Positions 22,432-35,669 of a stretch of 64,000 nucleotides of DNA are shown one piece after another. The translations under genes and the position numbers were made by a program. The first letter of the stretch is position 1. Every line of letters begins with the position of its first letter. The stretch is from Macrostomum lignano (Eukaryota). The notes below the pieces were generated by a model. The model was not told the DNA's origin. It did not search any database and saw only the letters and a program-made list of their open reading frames with translations. The DNA is taken from the NCBI GenBank assembly GCA_002269645.1, contig NIVC01002647.1:1-64000 (forward strand), given 5' to 3'.

Positions 22432-24920
22432 ATGATTCTGTGTATCACCATCATTGCCTGCGGCAGTAAGGCACGCATCAGGAAACATGCCAGAAGCTGC
22501 TTTCTTCAGATCCACTTCTTCAATTAGCCGACCCAGGATGTAGTAGCAAACTTAAATCGAGCTCATACCAGAGACGGCAAGGCCGCCTCGGCATCAGGGA
22601 TGGGCGATGAAGAAGAGGAAGACGACTACGAGTCCTACCTGTACTACATTCACAGGTGGCACTGCCCTGACGAGCCGGAAGATGCGCCAATCAGCATCGC
22701 CGGCATGGAGGCCTACATCATGCGGGTGCTGGGCGAGGAGGTCATGCAAATGCGCGACCCGATCGATACTGACATGGCCGCTTTCTACCACGACAATTGG
22801 GACAGCGGCAAGATGAAATTGGCGACAGCGTGAGAAAAACTGTTTTTGCTTCGTCTTGGAGAGTCGCAAGCTCAAAAATCGTGTCCGGTTTCCATTCGTG
22901 CGCATTCGTGTGGGTGTGTTTAGAGCCAACGGAAATGGGCATGACTTTTATTGCCTCCCCATTAGCTGCCTGTCTATTTTCGTCCTGCTTTGCGGCGGAC
23001 ATTCGTCCAAGGCACCCTGCAAACAAGTATCTATTCCACTTTATTTATAATTAGGGATGTAAACTTTACTATGCCTTGTGGAATGGGCCTTCAAAAAGCA
23101 TTAATTATATAAGCAAACCTATTTAACTCAGATTCCAATTTAGCTCTGCACCCCTGCACCCAATCCGCAGAGATTCATTCGCCGACCACAGCCACGAGAA
23201 TGTCCGGCGCGTTCTCGGCTGCGGCCACTTTGTCTTGTGCCTGCTGTACATGACGCTAAACTGCATGGAGGTGCAGGAAGGCCCAGCCTGGCCCTACGCA
23301 AGATTCTGGCCTCGGATGCGGGAGAACCTCTTAGGCACGGGCCTGCTGGACCGGAAGACAACTTGCCACGCTGCTGGCGTCTATCGCTGGATGCAGGGCT
23401 TCCTGTTCAAGAACATCTTCAAGCGTATTGAGGATGACGATCCCTACAAAGAGATCGTGCGTATCCCCCTGACTAAACTGCGCGTAATGAGCAGCCCCTG
23501 CAACCCGAAAGCTGATGAGTCCACTGAGAAATTTAAGCAAAATTACAAGTGAGCTTTCGTTTGTCATGCAAGGTTTCTGTAATTCGTGCCAAACTTCGCT
23601 TACTACGAGTAAAAATGGAAAATAACCGAAGCTAACTTCAATCGTACATGTAAATACCCATGGTCGTACTTCATATTTTAGGAGCTTCAATTTTTAAGGT
23701 TATGATGAAAAATCTCTCTCGGGTGTTCATAGTACTCTGGTAATCTGTTGAATGTGCCGACGGCGTCGGTGTGATGAAGGAATGCTTGGTAGACCAGCTG
23801 AGAATGTCCAACAATTGAGGTTGGCCCACTGTCGAGGTGGGATCAGTGAAACTGGAGCAATTCGCAACAGGGTGTCCATAGTCACCCTGTGTCACCTGTT
23901 GAAAGTCCAGAAGTTCCGTTTGGGTGAAGGCCAGTGATCAATGAAGTCAGAGCTGATGCAGACACAAGTGATCGACGTCCTGATGAACTTTGGAGGCTTG
24001 GAGACGTGCTGATTGGCGCACAGGGGTGTATTGAATGCACAAGTGCTTATGGGAAAAATCCGACCTTCTGGCAGAATTGGTGAATACCTCGACGGTCCCG
24101 GAGGGCTGCAGACTTGATTCTTGTTTGAGAAAGTGCGCACCAAAAAGTTAGCAAAAATGTCAGGGTGGTAGTTCCACGGGCGGAAAAATGACTTGGCATT
24201 CCTACCGTTTCGAGTAATGGGTCATGAATTTTTTCAACAGATTTCGGTCAGACACTTGTCCCTATAAACCTACTGATCATGGATGTACACAGCGGTCCCG
24301 TAAAGTTTGTTGTAAGAACTTTTTCATCAAATAAATCATAAAGTCGTGCTAAAATCACTCAAACTATTCAGCGAATTCCTCTTACTGCACCTGTACGTGA
24401 TGGACGAGATGCACATAATGGAGTCCGATTCGCACCGCGACCAGTATCTGAATCTGATGCGACGCCGAAGCAAGTCCAAGAGCGGCTGGACCCGGCCAGT
24501 TATGGACAAGACGTTCCTCGACCGAGGCGGCTCCCTTCGAGCAGCGATGAGCTCGCGAAGGCGACGTAAAATGCTGGTTGATGTGCGTCTGACTGACATG
24601 TGTCGGGAGCTGGCGGGACCTGTAGCGATTGTCAATTTGCAGGAGGCTCATGAACACTGTCGAAAATCAATGCAAAACAGCGAGTACATGTTAGGAGGAA
24701 AGCCGATATGATCATTCCTCTGTCCCCTGAGCTGCACATGTACGCGCAGGGTGTGTCGGTTTCTAATGTCGTGGTTCTTATCGGCAAGCCCCAGTCCAGT
24801 TTTCGTGCACAAACCCCTGATTAATCGAGCCCAAGGATTTGGCGCCCCAGATTTAGACGAGGTAGCGTAGGGCAAACATAAAATTAGTCCTGTCCATCCG
24901 TATCCCAACAAAAGGGTCAT
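22432..24920 (+). pseudogene. Spliced gene of unknown family with in-frame stops
   Basis: Exon ending ACAGC|gtgaga (22829) joins in frame to tcag|ATTCC (23133) into the 23235 ORF; downstream protein-like frames contain TGA/TAG. Confidence 0.4.
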
Positions 24921-26698
24921 GTTCCATGTTGTATTTTCTATCTTTGGTCTTTCGAAAATATGGTTTTGCTGAGATTTATATTTGGGTTAATACTAAGGTT
25001 TAATTTGTTGAGACTCAGCTTAGATACCATGCAGGACTAAAGTGCTTCGGACCAGAGATATCTGGATTGGAAGGGAACCTGAGGTCCCTGTTCAGACAGT
25101 GCTAGATATTTCTATTGAAAATGCAGCGTGCTCCTTTGGTACACAGAAGAAAGATAAAATATCTTCGTTTTAGGAACCTCGTGCTGAGACTCAACAGTCG
25201 CCGGATTCTCACCAGGAGCAGAAGCAACAGCCCCAGAAAGAGGAAAAGCCGGAGTCAGAAATGCACGAGTCGAAACCGAGTCAGGGTGCTGGCCAAGCAA
25301 AAATTCGAGGCAATGACGGTACAATCCACTTCCCCAAACCGTCGACTGGATCGAAGTCTTGGCGGCGGCGTGGTCGCGGCGCTACTAGTTTAGATGAATC
25401 AACGAATGGCACTGCTGAGCAGCTTCGCTGGCATCGCTGGCACCGGTCAGCAAACTATCGATCCGCCAGCAGCTGGCGCGGCTGGAGCGCTAGTGGTACC
25501 ACAACTCGCATCAGAGAGGTGGACCGTCACTGGCGGCTTGGATGCATCGGCTGCCGACCTGGAATGGTGGTGTCCAAGCGGCTGCCTCGTCAGGTCTCGA
25601 GATCTAAGCAACATAGACGAAGAACGCGCCTCTGCAAGTGGATAACGGTGAAACGCACCGTTCTTGTTCGGCGACTTCTATAAAAGTCGTGCGCAGTCGA
25701 GCGCAGTCGAGCGCCATATACATGTAATGCATTTCTTTGCTCTGACTTTCATTGGTTTTTAATTATTTTAACTAAAATGGATATTTTTGCTAATTCTTAT
25801 TTTCGAATTTTTATTTAAATACTTTCCTTTACTTAAAATCGATATAATTTCATTGCAATCGGCAATTGAGTCATTTCATTTAAAATCAATCTGTATACTG
25901 AGGCGGTAGGCCTTTTTTCAATAGATAGAATGGCAGCGAAGAGTTTGTGCTGCTCTGCGTGTGTATTTATATAATTACAAACAGCGCGAGATTGAGGGGC
26001 CTAGGGAGGTGCGAAAAGGTGGCGTGGCGTGATAGGCTACGCCAATCTCCTCGGCTTAGCGAGCCGGCTAGCTTGGTGCGCACCCACCCCACCTCAGCTA
26101 GACAGAGGTTGGGGGGTTTCCAGTGCGGCCGCACTGGTGCTGCCGGTCGCGGACAGTCTGGCCGCCACAATACCCGATTCTTGCAGTACATGTAGTTAGG
26201 AGATTCTTTAAAGCTACTTCTGGACACTTTCAAGATTATAATTTGCTCAGCTCTATTTCTAAAAGTTCAACTGCAGACGTTACATGTCGCCTACACTTTA
26301 TTTACTATAACGATTGATTCGAACGAAATCTTCCAAAAGCCTATAACTTCGAAAGTCAATACGTCTTAGTACGATCTTGAAGATCTTGGAAAAACTTAAT
26401 TAAAGCTTTGAATTTAGTATATTGCGTCATAGTCTGATCATGTTTTAAAACCCATACATCTATACAAATATAATTCAACCAACGCTTGTTCTGCTTGTAT
26501 ATAAAGTAGCGGATTACTCTACAAGTGAGTGTTAACAAATTGTAGTCAATAAGTACCCACTTTATAATATATATTTTTAATCACACTACTTTACTTGTTT
26601 GAAAACTTTTTAAAAATACTTTGAGAAAATGCAATTGACACGGAATCTCACAAAGCTTGTGGAAGTCGGAGAAAAATCGCATATTTTTTAAATGAACC

Positions 26699-27431
26699 TG
26701 TGGTAGGCCGGTCTACCACTGGGGCTTCGGCAACAGTTGGCGACGTGCGGAACGCCACCCGGCGGACGATTCTTTGACGTCATTTCGGCTCCACCGGTTG
26801 AACTGTCTTCTCCCCCCGTTGTTCCCACCTCCGGCCCCTTCCCTTGGTCCCGCTTTGTTTTGCCGTTTTCCACCCGGGTTTGTCCTCTTTTCCCACCGGT
26901 GTTCCCCCTGTGTTCCCCCTGGTGTCCCCCTGATTGTTTTTTCGCGTTCTTTTGGTATTTAATCTTTGGCGTTGCTTTAGTTTGTCAACCCCCTCCCCCT
27001 TTTCTTCTTTTCTTCTTGGTTGTTTTAGTTTGATCTTATAGGCCGTGACTTTAACTTAGCCTTGTTAGTTTTCTGATAGTTGCACGGCACTGTCTCTCGT
27101 ATTCATCCGTCTAATTGTAGTGTATAACAGTTACTCTATTCGCCTAACTCCATTCATTAGTTAATTAGCTTGTCTTTTATTCAATTAACTTTGTGAGTAA
27201 TAACAATTTCTTAATTACTGACTACCGCAAATTAATCAATAATAATAACGAAATAATAATAATAAGTTCGCAAATATCTTTATAATATTTATTCAGTTGT
27301 TCAGAATCGAAGCCTTTAGTTTCTATTGAGTCATTTGCCCGCGGGGCGTAAAATAACCAGTCAGTCTCATCTCAAAGAAAGCTCTGAGACCCTTGACGTT
27401 CCGTAAAACGACATTTACGGTGGTGGCAGCG
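26699..27431 (+). mobile_element. 5' LTR (~715 bp) and primer-binding site of a truncated LTR retrotransposon
   Basis: TGTGGT...ACGACA (26699-27413); TGGTGGCAGCG at 27421-31 is complementary to the 3' end of eukaryotic tRNA-Leu(AAG/UAG)+CCA; no gag/pol recognised. Confidence 0.5.
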
Positions 27432-27758
27432 CTACTTTACTACTGAGAGTAACACAACTAGCAATCTCGACGAATTACGAGTTTACGGTGTCTGAGGACC
27501 CATCCTGAACGACTCGGGCCGCTACAAGACCGCTCGACTACGATTACGACTACCCTCCCCCCGGAATTGAGGACCCGGCAGACGGAGTATCTAAGGAGAA
27601 GACTCAACACAGCAATTTGTGCAATTTTCCGGCTTTACGAGTGCCGAGAAAATTATGTTTTAATGTTATTATGCCTATGACAATGTGATATTCCAAAAAT
27701 AATTAAAAAATAAACAAATGCTCTAAATAGTCTATTTAGTTCATAGTCTTCACAATAT

Positions 27759-30417
27759 ACGTGTGCGACTTTTTACCGTACGGTTTTTCCCGCCATAAAA
27801 ACCGCATTGTAATGTACAATACATAACAACGCGGTTTTCAATGCGGAATTCGATGCGGGATTTCCCGACATTAATTTAATTTGATTTATTAAGCCCCATC
27901 GATGCGGTAATTGATGCGGGATTTCCCGACATTAATTTAATTTGATTTATTAAGCCCCATCGATGCGGTAATTTATGCGGGATTCAATGCGGGATTTCCC
28001 GACATTAATTTAATTTGATTTATTAAGCCCCATCGATGCGGTAATTGATGCGGGATTCGATGCGGGATTTCCCGACATTAATTTAATTTGATTTATTAAG
28101 CCCAATTGATGCGGTAATTGATGCGGGATTCGATGCGGGATTTCCCGACATTAATTTAATTTGATTTATTAAGCCCCATAGATGCGGTAATTGATGCGGG
28201 ATTCGATGCGGGATTTCCCGACATTAATTTAATTTGATTTATTAATTGCCCCATCGATGCGGTAATTGATGCGGGATTCGAGGGTCTCACTAAAAGACGG
28301 ATCGGATAGGATCAGCTCGGATCGGATCCGATCCGATCCGATCCGAGTGTGACATACTAAAACAAAAACCTTAGTCTAATTCTTTTGCTTCTAAATATTT
28401 GAATACAGTTTAATTTAGAGAATAAAGTCACCTAAGGACTAGAATAAAGGACACCTCGTGCACGCGCAATTAATTTTAATTCTGCAGTCTGTTGCAGCTT
28501 TATTTAAGTGGGTTGGTCGATGGGGCTTAGTTCTAGTGGTAGGCCTAGTAATATTAATAAGCTGGTTGGCTTGTGTTTCTTTTGCGACGACATGCTTAAT
28601 AGCTGGAACAGAAGATTTAAGCATGAATAACAAGAAGTGATGCAAATCAATTTCAATCGCGCATGTACAAATTTTCGGTCAACAACCATCATTCCTTTTG
28701 TTAAACGCTACCGGACGAATAAAAACGACATTATTCACCCGGTACCAGACGAATAATATCCACATTGTTCACCCGATACCGGATGAATTGTCACTGCCTT
28801 CTGCAAAACATTCCTAGTCTTTTTTTAGTCATTCTATTTTAAAGGCTGTTTAAATCTCTTTTCACATTCAGGATTTTGCATCCTCATACTTACTTTACCT
28901 TTTACTCTCTTGAACTTGAATTTTCAACTGTCTAAGGCCTTGGTAGGCCCTTCCTTACAAAAATACATTGTCTTAAACTAATATATTAATATATAATTTA
29001 TACCATGGCATAAGGGAGTATATTACACTCAGTTTTATAGTATTTCAATTTTTAGAGTATAGTATTCTGAATTTCTGGTTTTATTTAATAGGCTATTAAG
29101 TTGCTATTGTTTAGGCCTATATAGCTAAGCATAAAGTATTTTAATTTTCCCATGCTATTTGAATGTCTTTACCATGTTTATATCTTTCAATATACCAAAA
29201 ATAAAATCCCTCATATTTTATTGTGACATTTATTAACAATTGTTGACTGTCTACCAGTTAGGCCTATTCAGATTTACTATCTGAAGTTCCATAATTTATT
29301 GACTTTCTTTCCTTCTCATTTTTCACTTTTTCTCTTTTCTAATATATATATTTGTTAATATTCATATTTGCATTCTTTTGCTAAAATGTACTACTATACT
29401 TTTTTGAAAGTATTCTCCTAAATTAGTTTTCTTCCCATTTTTGTAAATCATTTACTATTTACTACAATAGATCAAAACTGTACTATGCTAAATTTAGTAA
29501 ATATCTAATATTTTAACCAACCTTTCAAAATACTTTCTTTTTAATATGTTATTACTTTGTAAATTTGAATTTATTATCCTTGCTTAATTTGATTTTTGCA
29601 CTTTTTGAATCAAATTAAATTAATGTTGGGAAATCCTGCATTGAATTCCACATCAATTACCGCATCGATGGGGCTTAATAAATCAAATGAAATTAATGTC
29701 GGGAAATCCCGCATCGAATCCTGCATCAATTACCGCATCAATGGGGCTTAATAAATCAAATTAAATTAATGTCGGGAAATCCCGCATCAATTACCGCATC
29801 AATTGGGCTTAATAAATCAAATTAAATTAATGTTGGGAAATCCCGCATCGAATCCCACATCAATTACCGCATCGATGGGGCTTAATAAATCAAATTAAAT
29901 TAATGTTGGGAAATTCCGCATCAAATCTTGCATCAATTACTGCATCAATTAGGCTTAATAAATCAAATTAAATTAATGTCGGGAAATCCCGCATCAAATC
30001 CTGCATCAATTACCGCATCGATAGGGCTTAATAAATCAAATTAAATTAATGTCGGGAAATCCCGCAATGAATCCCACATCAATTACCGCATTGATGGGGC
30101 TTAATAAATCAAATTAAATTAATGTCAGGAAATCCCGCATCAATTACCGCATCGATTGGGCTTAATAAATCAAATTAAATTAATGTCAGGAAATCCCGCA
30201 TCAATTACCGCATCAATTGGGCTTAATAAATCAAATTAAATTAATGTCGGCAAATCCCGCATCAATTACCGCATTGATTGGGCTTAATAAATCAAATTAA
30301 ATTAATGTCGGGAAATCCCGCATCGAATCCCACATTGAAAACTGCGTTGTTATGTATTGTACATTACAATGCAGTTTTTATGGTGGGAAAAATCGTACGG
30401 TAAAAAGTCGCACACGT
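27759..30417. mobile_element. Foldback-like non-autonomous DNA transposon, long TIRs built of 60/72-bp tandem repeats
   Basis: ACGTGTGCGACTTTTTACCG... / ...CGGTAAAAAGTCGCACACGT; TSD CACAATAT on both sides (or 10-bp TCACAATATA if ends are CGTG/CACG); left TIR ~530 bp, right ~830 bp; AT-rich non-coding interior. Confidence 0.85.
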
Positions 30418-30732
30418 CACAATATACTTAAATCCTAAACTAAAGATAGGCCTAACCTATTACCTATGCACCAAAAATTCTAGCATCAAGCTCTCCCATT
30501 AGTATATATAATAGAATTTGGCCCATTTGAATAGGGCTTTGCCTCTAGCATGATATAGATTGACATATATAAGCCCAATGTAATAAAATGTACCTAGCAT
30601 ACAAATTGAAATGAAAAAACAATTTAATATATATAGATTAAATTGGTGGACTTATGGCAGCATGTAGAAGAACAAAAATTTATCTATATAGGCTAATTAA
30701 ATTTACAAAAAAGGTAGAATGTTACAATTTCT

Positions 30733-31183
30733 GGCACAGTCCTAGTTTCCCACATTAAAAAAAGTTATTTTGAGATAAAAATCAACTCAATAAGTTAAAA
30801 CAAGTTAGTCCATAGCAGTCAATAGTCTGCTAAGCTCACTAAATGGTATAATAATGAGCAACCTAGAACAAGAAGTTGCTAAAGGACTTTTCCAAGTAAA
30901 GGCGGCACTAGAAATACTCGTTCAGATATGAATCAAATAGGCCATCACTAGTACCATTTATGTTCTAGAACTTTGCTTTGACATACACCCAAGTCCCTTC
31001 AGTGATAGGGCATATTCATATGCAAAGTTCCTAGTTTGTAATTTCCAACTAGTTCTGGGTTGTTCATTATTATGCCATTTAGTGAGCTCAGTGGACTATT
31101 GACTGCTATAGACTAACTTGTTTTAACTTATTGAGTTGATTTTTAACTCAAAATAATTTAATGTGGGAAACTAGGATTATGCC
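30733..31183. mobile_element. Diverged MITE (~450 bp) with ~140-bp imperfect TIRs
   Basis: GGCACAGTCCTAGTTTCCCACATTAA... vs ...TTAATGTGGGAAACTAGGATTATGCC; flanks CAATTTCT/CAATTTCC. Confidence 0.65.
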
Positions 31184-32644
31184 CAATTTCCATAAAGTAC
31201 AATTAACTTATAAAGTCATTTGTTATTGATTTAATATTTCTAGTTTATTTTTGGTTTAATGTAGTGTTACAGTAGGTTTTCCTGTACAATATGAGATCCC
31301 ACCGGTTGGTACCAAGTTGTTACAGGTGTTATTATTCTCTCTAGTAAATCCTACCGCTAAGTTACCAATGTTGTACTAGGGGTGTTTCCTCTGTCTATAT
31401 CCTAACTGCTGAATCACCAAGTTGTAGTAAAGTATAATTAACTTCTGGGCATAGATCTTAGAATAGGGTCTGAGTATAAGTCTATAAGTATCAATCTAAG
31501 TATAAGTCTAAGAATAAGTCTAGGTATAAGTCTAAGGATTAGTCTAAGTATCTACTTCTATTGGTAGCATTCTTAGTATATGTATTGGTAGTGTTCTTAG
31601 TATATGCCAAGTGGTCTACTATTGGCCTGGAATGTATTTCTCAGAATGACCTTCCTTGTAAATCTTTTGCAGTTATCTAAGTATCTGATCATCTAGTCCA
31701 GTCCTTTAGGCATTCCTAAGATTAGAGGGTCACAGCCTTCTCAATACTGTATATGCATTCCCAAGATCTACTTTGTTTCACTTTGATCTCCTTGGTATTC
31801 TACATATCAGTAGTATCTGTGGTATGATTAACTTCCACTTCACTCTTCGAATTGAAAAATTTACTAAGTCTTGAAAAGATTTCTAAGTAACAGTTTAAAG
31901 CTCAACAAGTAGCAAGACTTGAGACTAATTTAGGAACAGGCAATCAGCCAAGTTGGTGGCTCTCTGGCCAGATCCCGTCTATTTATACTATTTTGATATA
32001 TGCAGTATTAAAAGAAATAGGGCTAAAATTAGTTTTCAGTTTAAAAATACATACAAATTTTACATGAATATTATTATTAAATGTTGGAAGATTAAAACAA
32101 ATAATATGTGAATATTATTCTTGAGTGATTAAACTCGAAATTATTATTGACAAAATATTTACAAAAACTAATATTATTACTATTAGTAGCATTAAGCACT
32201 TGCAATGTAGTTAATAATTATTAAATCTCTATTGCAATCATATTCTTCTTTAAGATCCTAGGATTGAGAAAAATTCTTTAAGATCCTAGGATTATAGATA
32301 CTTGATTTACTAAGATTGATAATTCTGGGATTATCTTTAGCCAAGATATCCCAATCCTAATAACCCAGGATTGACATAAGACTAAGATTTTGTAATCACA
32401 AATACTCGCTAATATAAAAATATTATTTATTATATTAAGAAATTAGCAATTTGTAATTTAATAATTTGTTTATCTTGATCTTTTGCAACTTTTTGTTATA
32501 ATATACATTTCTAGCTAGAAGTTTTTTTGCATATACTAGTATATAGTTTTGTTCAAGCCACTTTTATTCTAGTATATATATGGTATCTTTAGAATTAGAA
32601 TTATAGGTTTTAATTTATCTTATATATATTTTTCTAATTTATAT

Positions 32645-33215
32645 TGATCCAATATCCAATTTGAGCAATTGCAATTGATCCTATGTCCAATCTTAGCAAT
32701 TCCCATTGATCCCATGTCCAATCTGAGCAATCCCTATTCTATTGATCCCATGTCTAATCTGAGCAATCCCAAATGATCCTATGTCCAATCTCAGCAATTC
32801 CTATTGATCCCATGTCCTATCTCAGCAATTCCCATTGATCCCATGTCTAATATGAGCAATCCCAATTGATCCTATGTCCAATCTCAGCAATCCCAATTGA
32901 TCCTATGTCCAATCTCAGCAATCCCAATTGATCCTATGTCCAATCTCAGCAATCCCAACTGATCCCATGTCCAATCTCAGCAATTCCCATCGATCCCATG
33001 TCCAATCTCAGCAATTCCTATTGATTCCATATCCAATCTCAGCAATTCCCATTGATCCCATGTCCAATCTCAGCAATTCCCATCGATCCCATGTCCAATC
33101 TCAGCAATTCCCATCGATCCCATGTCCAATCTCAGCAATTCCCATCGATCCCATGTCCAATCTCAGCAATTCCCATCGATCCCATGTCCAATCTCAGCAA
33201 TTCCTATTGATTCCC
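32645..33215. repeat. ~31-bp minisatellite (CCCATGTCCAATCTCAGCAATTCCCATCGAT) immediately upstream of NECAP
   Basis: About 18 degenerate copies. Confidence 0.9.
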
Positions 33216-33308
33216 ATGTATTTTTTTCCATTGCATGCTCGCACCCCAGCCAGCAATTTGCCGGCAAAACCCAGCGTCTCGTAGAATCTCCCAAGCCACC
33301 AAATCCTC

Positions 33309-34935
33309 ATGGCGGCAGCGGCAGCCCCCAGCGGCTACGAATCGGTCCTGTGCGTGAAGCCGGACGTTAAAGTCTACCGGCTGCCGCCCCGACAGTCCAA
33401 CCGGGCCGTTCGCGCCGCTGACTGGCAGCTGGAATCGCCGGACTGGTGCGGCCGGCTCCGCATTGTGGCGGTGGACAAGCGGCTCTGGCTGCGTCTTGAG
33501 GACAAAACCAGCGGCGACCTGTTCGCCAGGTGCCCGGTTGACGCCTTCCCCGGCGTGGCCATCGAGCCCGTGGCCGATTCCAGCCGCTATTTCGTCATCC
33601 GGGTGCAGGACGACAGCGGCCGGGCCGCCTTTATCGGCATCGGATTCGACGACAGAGGCGACGCGTTCGATTTCAACGTGGCCGTGCAGGACCACTTCAA
33701 GGGGCTCAAGCAGGAGGCGGAGGCTGAGCAGGTGAGAATGTTAAATTATCTTCTTCTTTGCTTTCGCCATCTTTAGTCTAGCTCTGCCGTCTGTCTCAAT
33801 CTCAGCCTTGCTCTCAATCTCAGCCTCAAACTCTCAATCTCACCCTCTCACTCTTAATCTCACCCTCTCAATCTTAATGTCAGTCTCTCACTCTCAATCT
33901 CACCCTCTTAATCTTGATCTCACCCTCTCATTCTTAATCTCAGTCTCTCACTCTCAATCTCAGCCTCTCACTCTCAGTCTCAGTCTCTCACTCTCAATCT
34001 CACCCTCTTAATCTTGATCTCACCCTCTCACTCTTAATCTCAGGCTCTCACTCTCAATCTCAGCCTCTCACTCTCAATCTCAGCCTCTCACTCTCAATCT
34101 CACCCTCTTAATCTTGATCACACCCTCTCACTCTTAATCTCAGGCTCTCACTCTCAATCTCAGCCTCTCACTCTCAATCTCAGTCTCTCAATCTCAATCT
34201 CACCCTCTTAATCTTGATCTCACCCCCTCGCTCTTAATCTCAGCCTCTCACTCTCAATCTGTCTCTCACTCTCAATTTCACCCTCTTAATATTGATCTCA
34301 CCCCCTCGCTCTCAATCTCAGCCTCTCACTCTCAATCTCAGTCTCTCACTCTCAATCTCAGGCTCTCACTCTCAATCTCAGCCTCTCACTCTCAATCACA
34401 GCCTCTCACTCTCAAACTCACCCTCTTACTCTTGATCTCATTCTCGTCTCAATCTCACCCTTTCACTCTCAACTCACCCTATCACTATTGCTTTCACCCC
34501 CTAAATCTTAATATCACCCCCTCACACTCCACTGTCGATCTCATATTCCATTCTCTGTATCTAACAAACCCATTAATCTCATCTCATCGGTGGATATTCT
34601 AATCTCACCCATTCTTCTATCCTTCATGAATATTCACCCAGGCCGCCAAAGAGATGGCCGAAGGTCCCAAGCTGGACCTCAGCCTGAAGGAGGGCCAGAC
34701 GTTTCGCATCGCCATCAACACCGGCCGGGCCGGCGGCGAGTCGGGCAGCGGCGGCGGCGGCTCCCGCTCCCGGCCAAAGCCGGCCGGAGGCGGTGCTGGC
34801 GGCATTTTGCTGCCCCCGCCGCCGGCCCCTGGATCCAGGCACGGCCAGGTGAAACCGTCGACCAATTCCGACCAGGTTGGACTGGCTAAACAGCAGGGCG
34901 GCGGCGGCGGTCTAGGGTGGGACACATTCCAGTAG
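33309..34935 (+). CDS. NECAP: Adaptin ear-binding coat-associated protein; exons 33309-33731 and 34642-34935, 238 aa
   Basis: [74 protein letters not shown]; phase-0 GT-AG intron; C-terminal WDTFQ. Confidence 0.95.
33790..34520. repeat. Intronic CT-rich repeat (CTCTCACTCTCAATCTCAG-like units) in the NECAP intron
   Basis: Direct reading. Confidence 0.85.
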
Positions 34936-35669
34936 GGTTGCCTCGAGTTTCTTCCCTGCAACTCCCCCATCCGGCTCGCCCTAATCAGTCCGATTAAATT
35001 AATAAATTTACGATTATATGGATAACTATTGTTGCCAAAATGAACTGACAATAATTAAATTTCCAATGTATATCGGATGACCGCGACTAATTAGCTGACG
35101 AGGCGTTTAATTTTACTCCCGCCTTTTACCTGGATTATTATAAAGATTTCGCGGACATCCTGGTTAAGTGAATTAGTGAACAGCTAACAATTAATCTGTT
35201 TTGCATAATTATGTTTCATATTATGGCAATTATTATTATTATTTTCTGATTCTGTCGCTCGTGTACTTTCAACTATTATTATTTGACAAAATTCACAAAC
35301 TACTGACAGTAATCAATTGTTTCTAACGGTAGAATTTGGATTCGCAATTGCCGTCATATCAGGCCGGCAAGTTGATTTCTTTGAAACATGAAAATCTTAT
35401 ATTATTCTAATTGTAATATAAATAAGCACTATTGTAGACTTTCTCGGCTCCTCTGGCCCTCGTCACGTGCCTAGGTGTTTTGTCATATTCAAAATTATTA
35501 ATTTTTCTGCACCGCTAATTCAGTAATAGATTGAAAATACTGTTGTGAGAAATATATGTTTATTTATTTATTACCCGATGACTGTGCATGCGCTTAAACG
35601 CAAACTGAACTTTTCTTACTTTCTTTTGAACTCTTCTGTAGCGTATTGGTAACCCAAAACACTGCATTA

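Noticed and set aside
14211-24711. Alternative genetic code (TAA/TAG=Gln, TGA=Trp) or ciliate contamination
   Set aside because: The same ORFs use CAA/CAG/TGG freely, at least one has a frameshift, and the block is contiguous with animal sequence; transition decay is simpler
35388-35475. Candidate MARS1 first exon (MKILYYSN...)
   Set aside because: No single frame and donor combination joins cleanly to exon 36435 without a 25-nt intron or a frameshift; left unresolved
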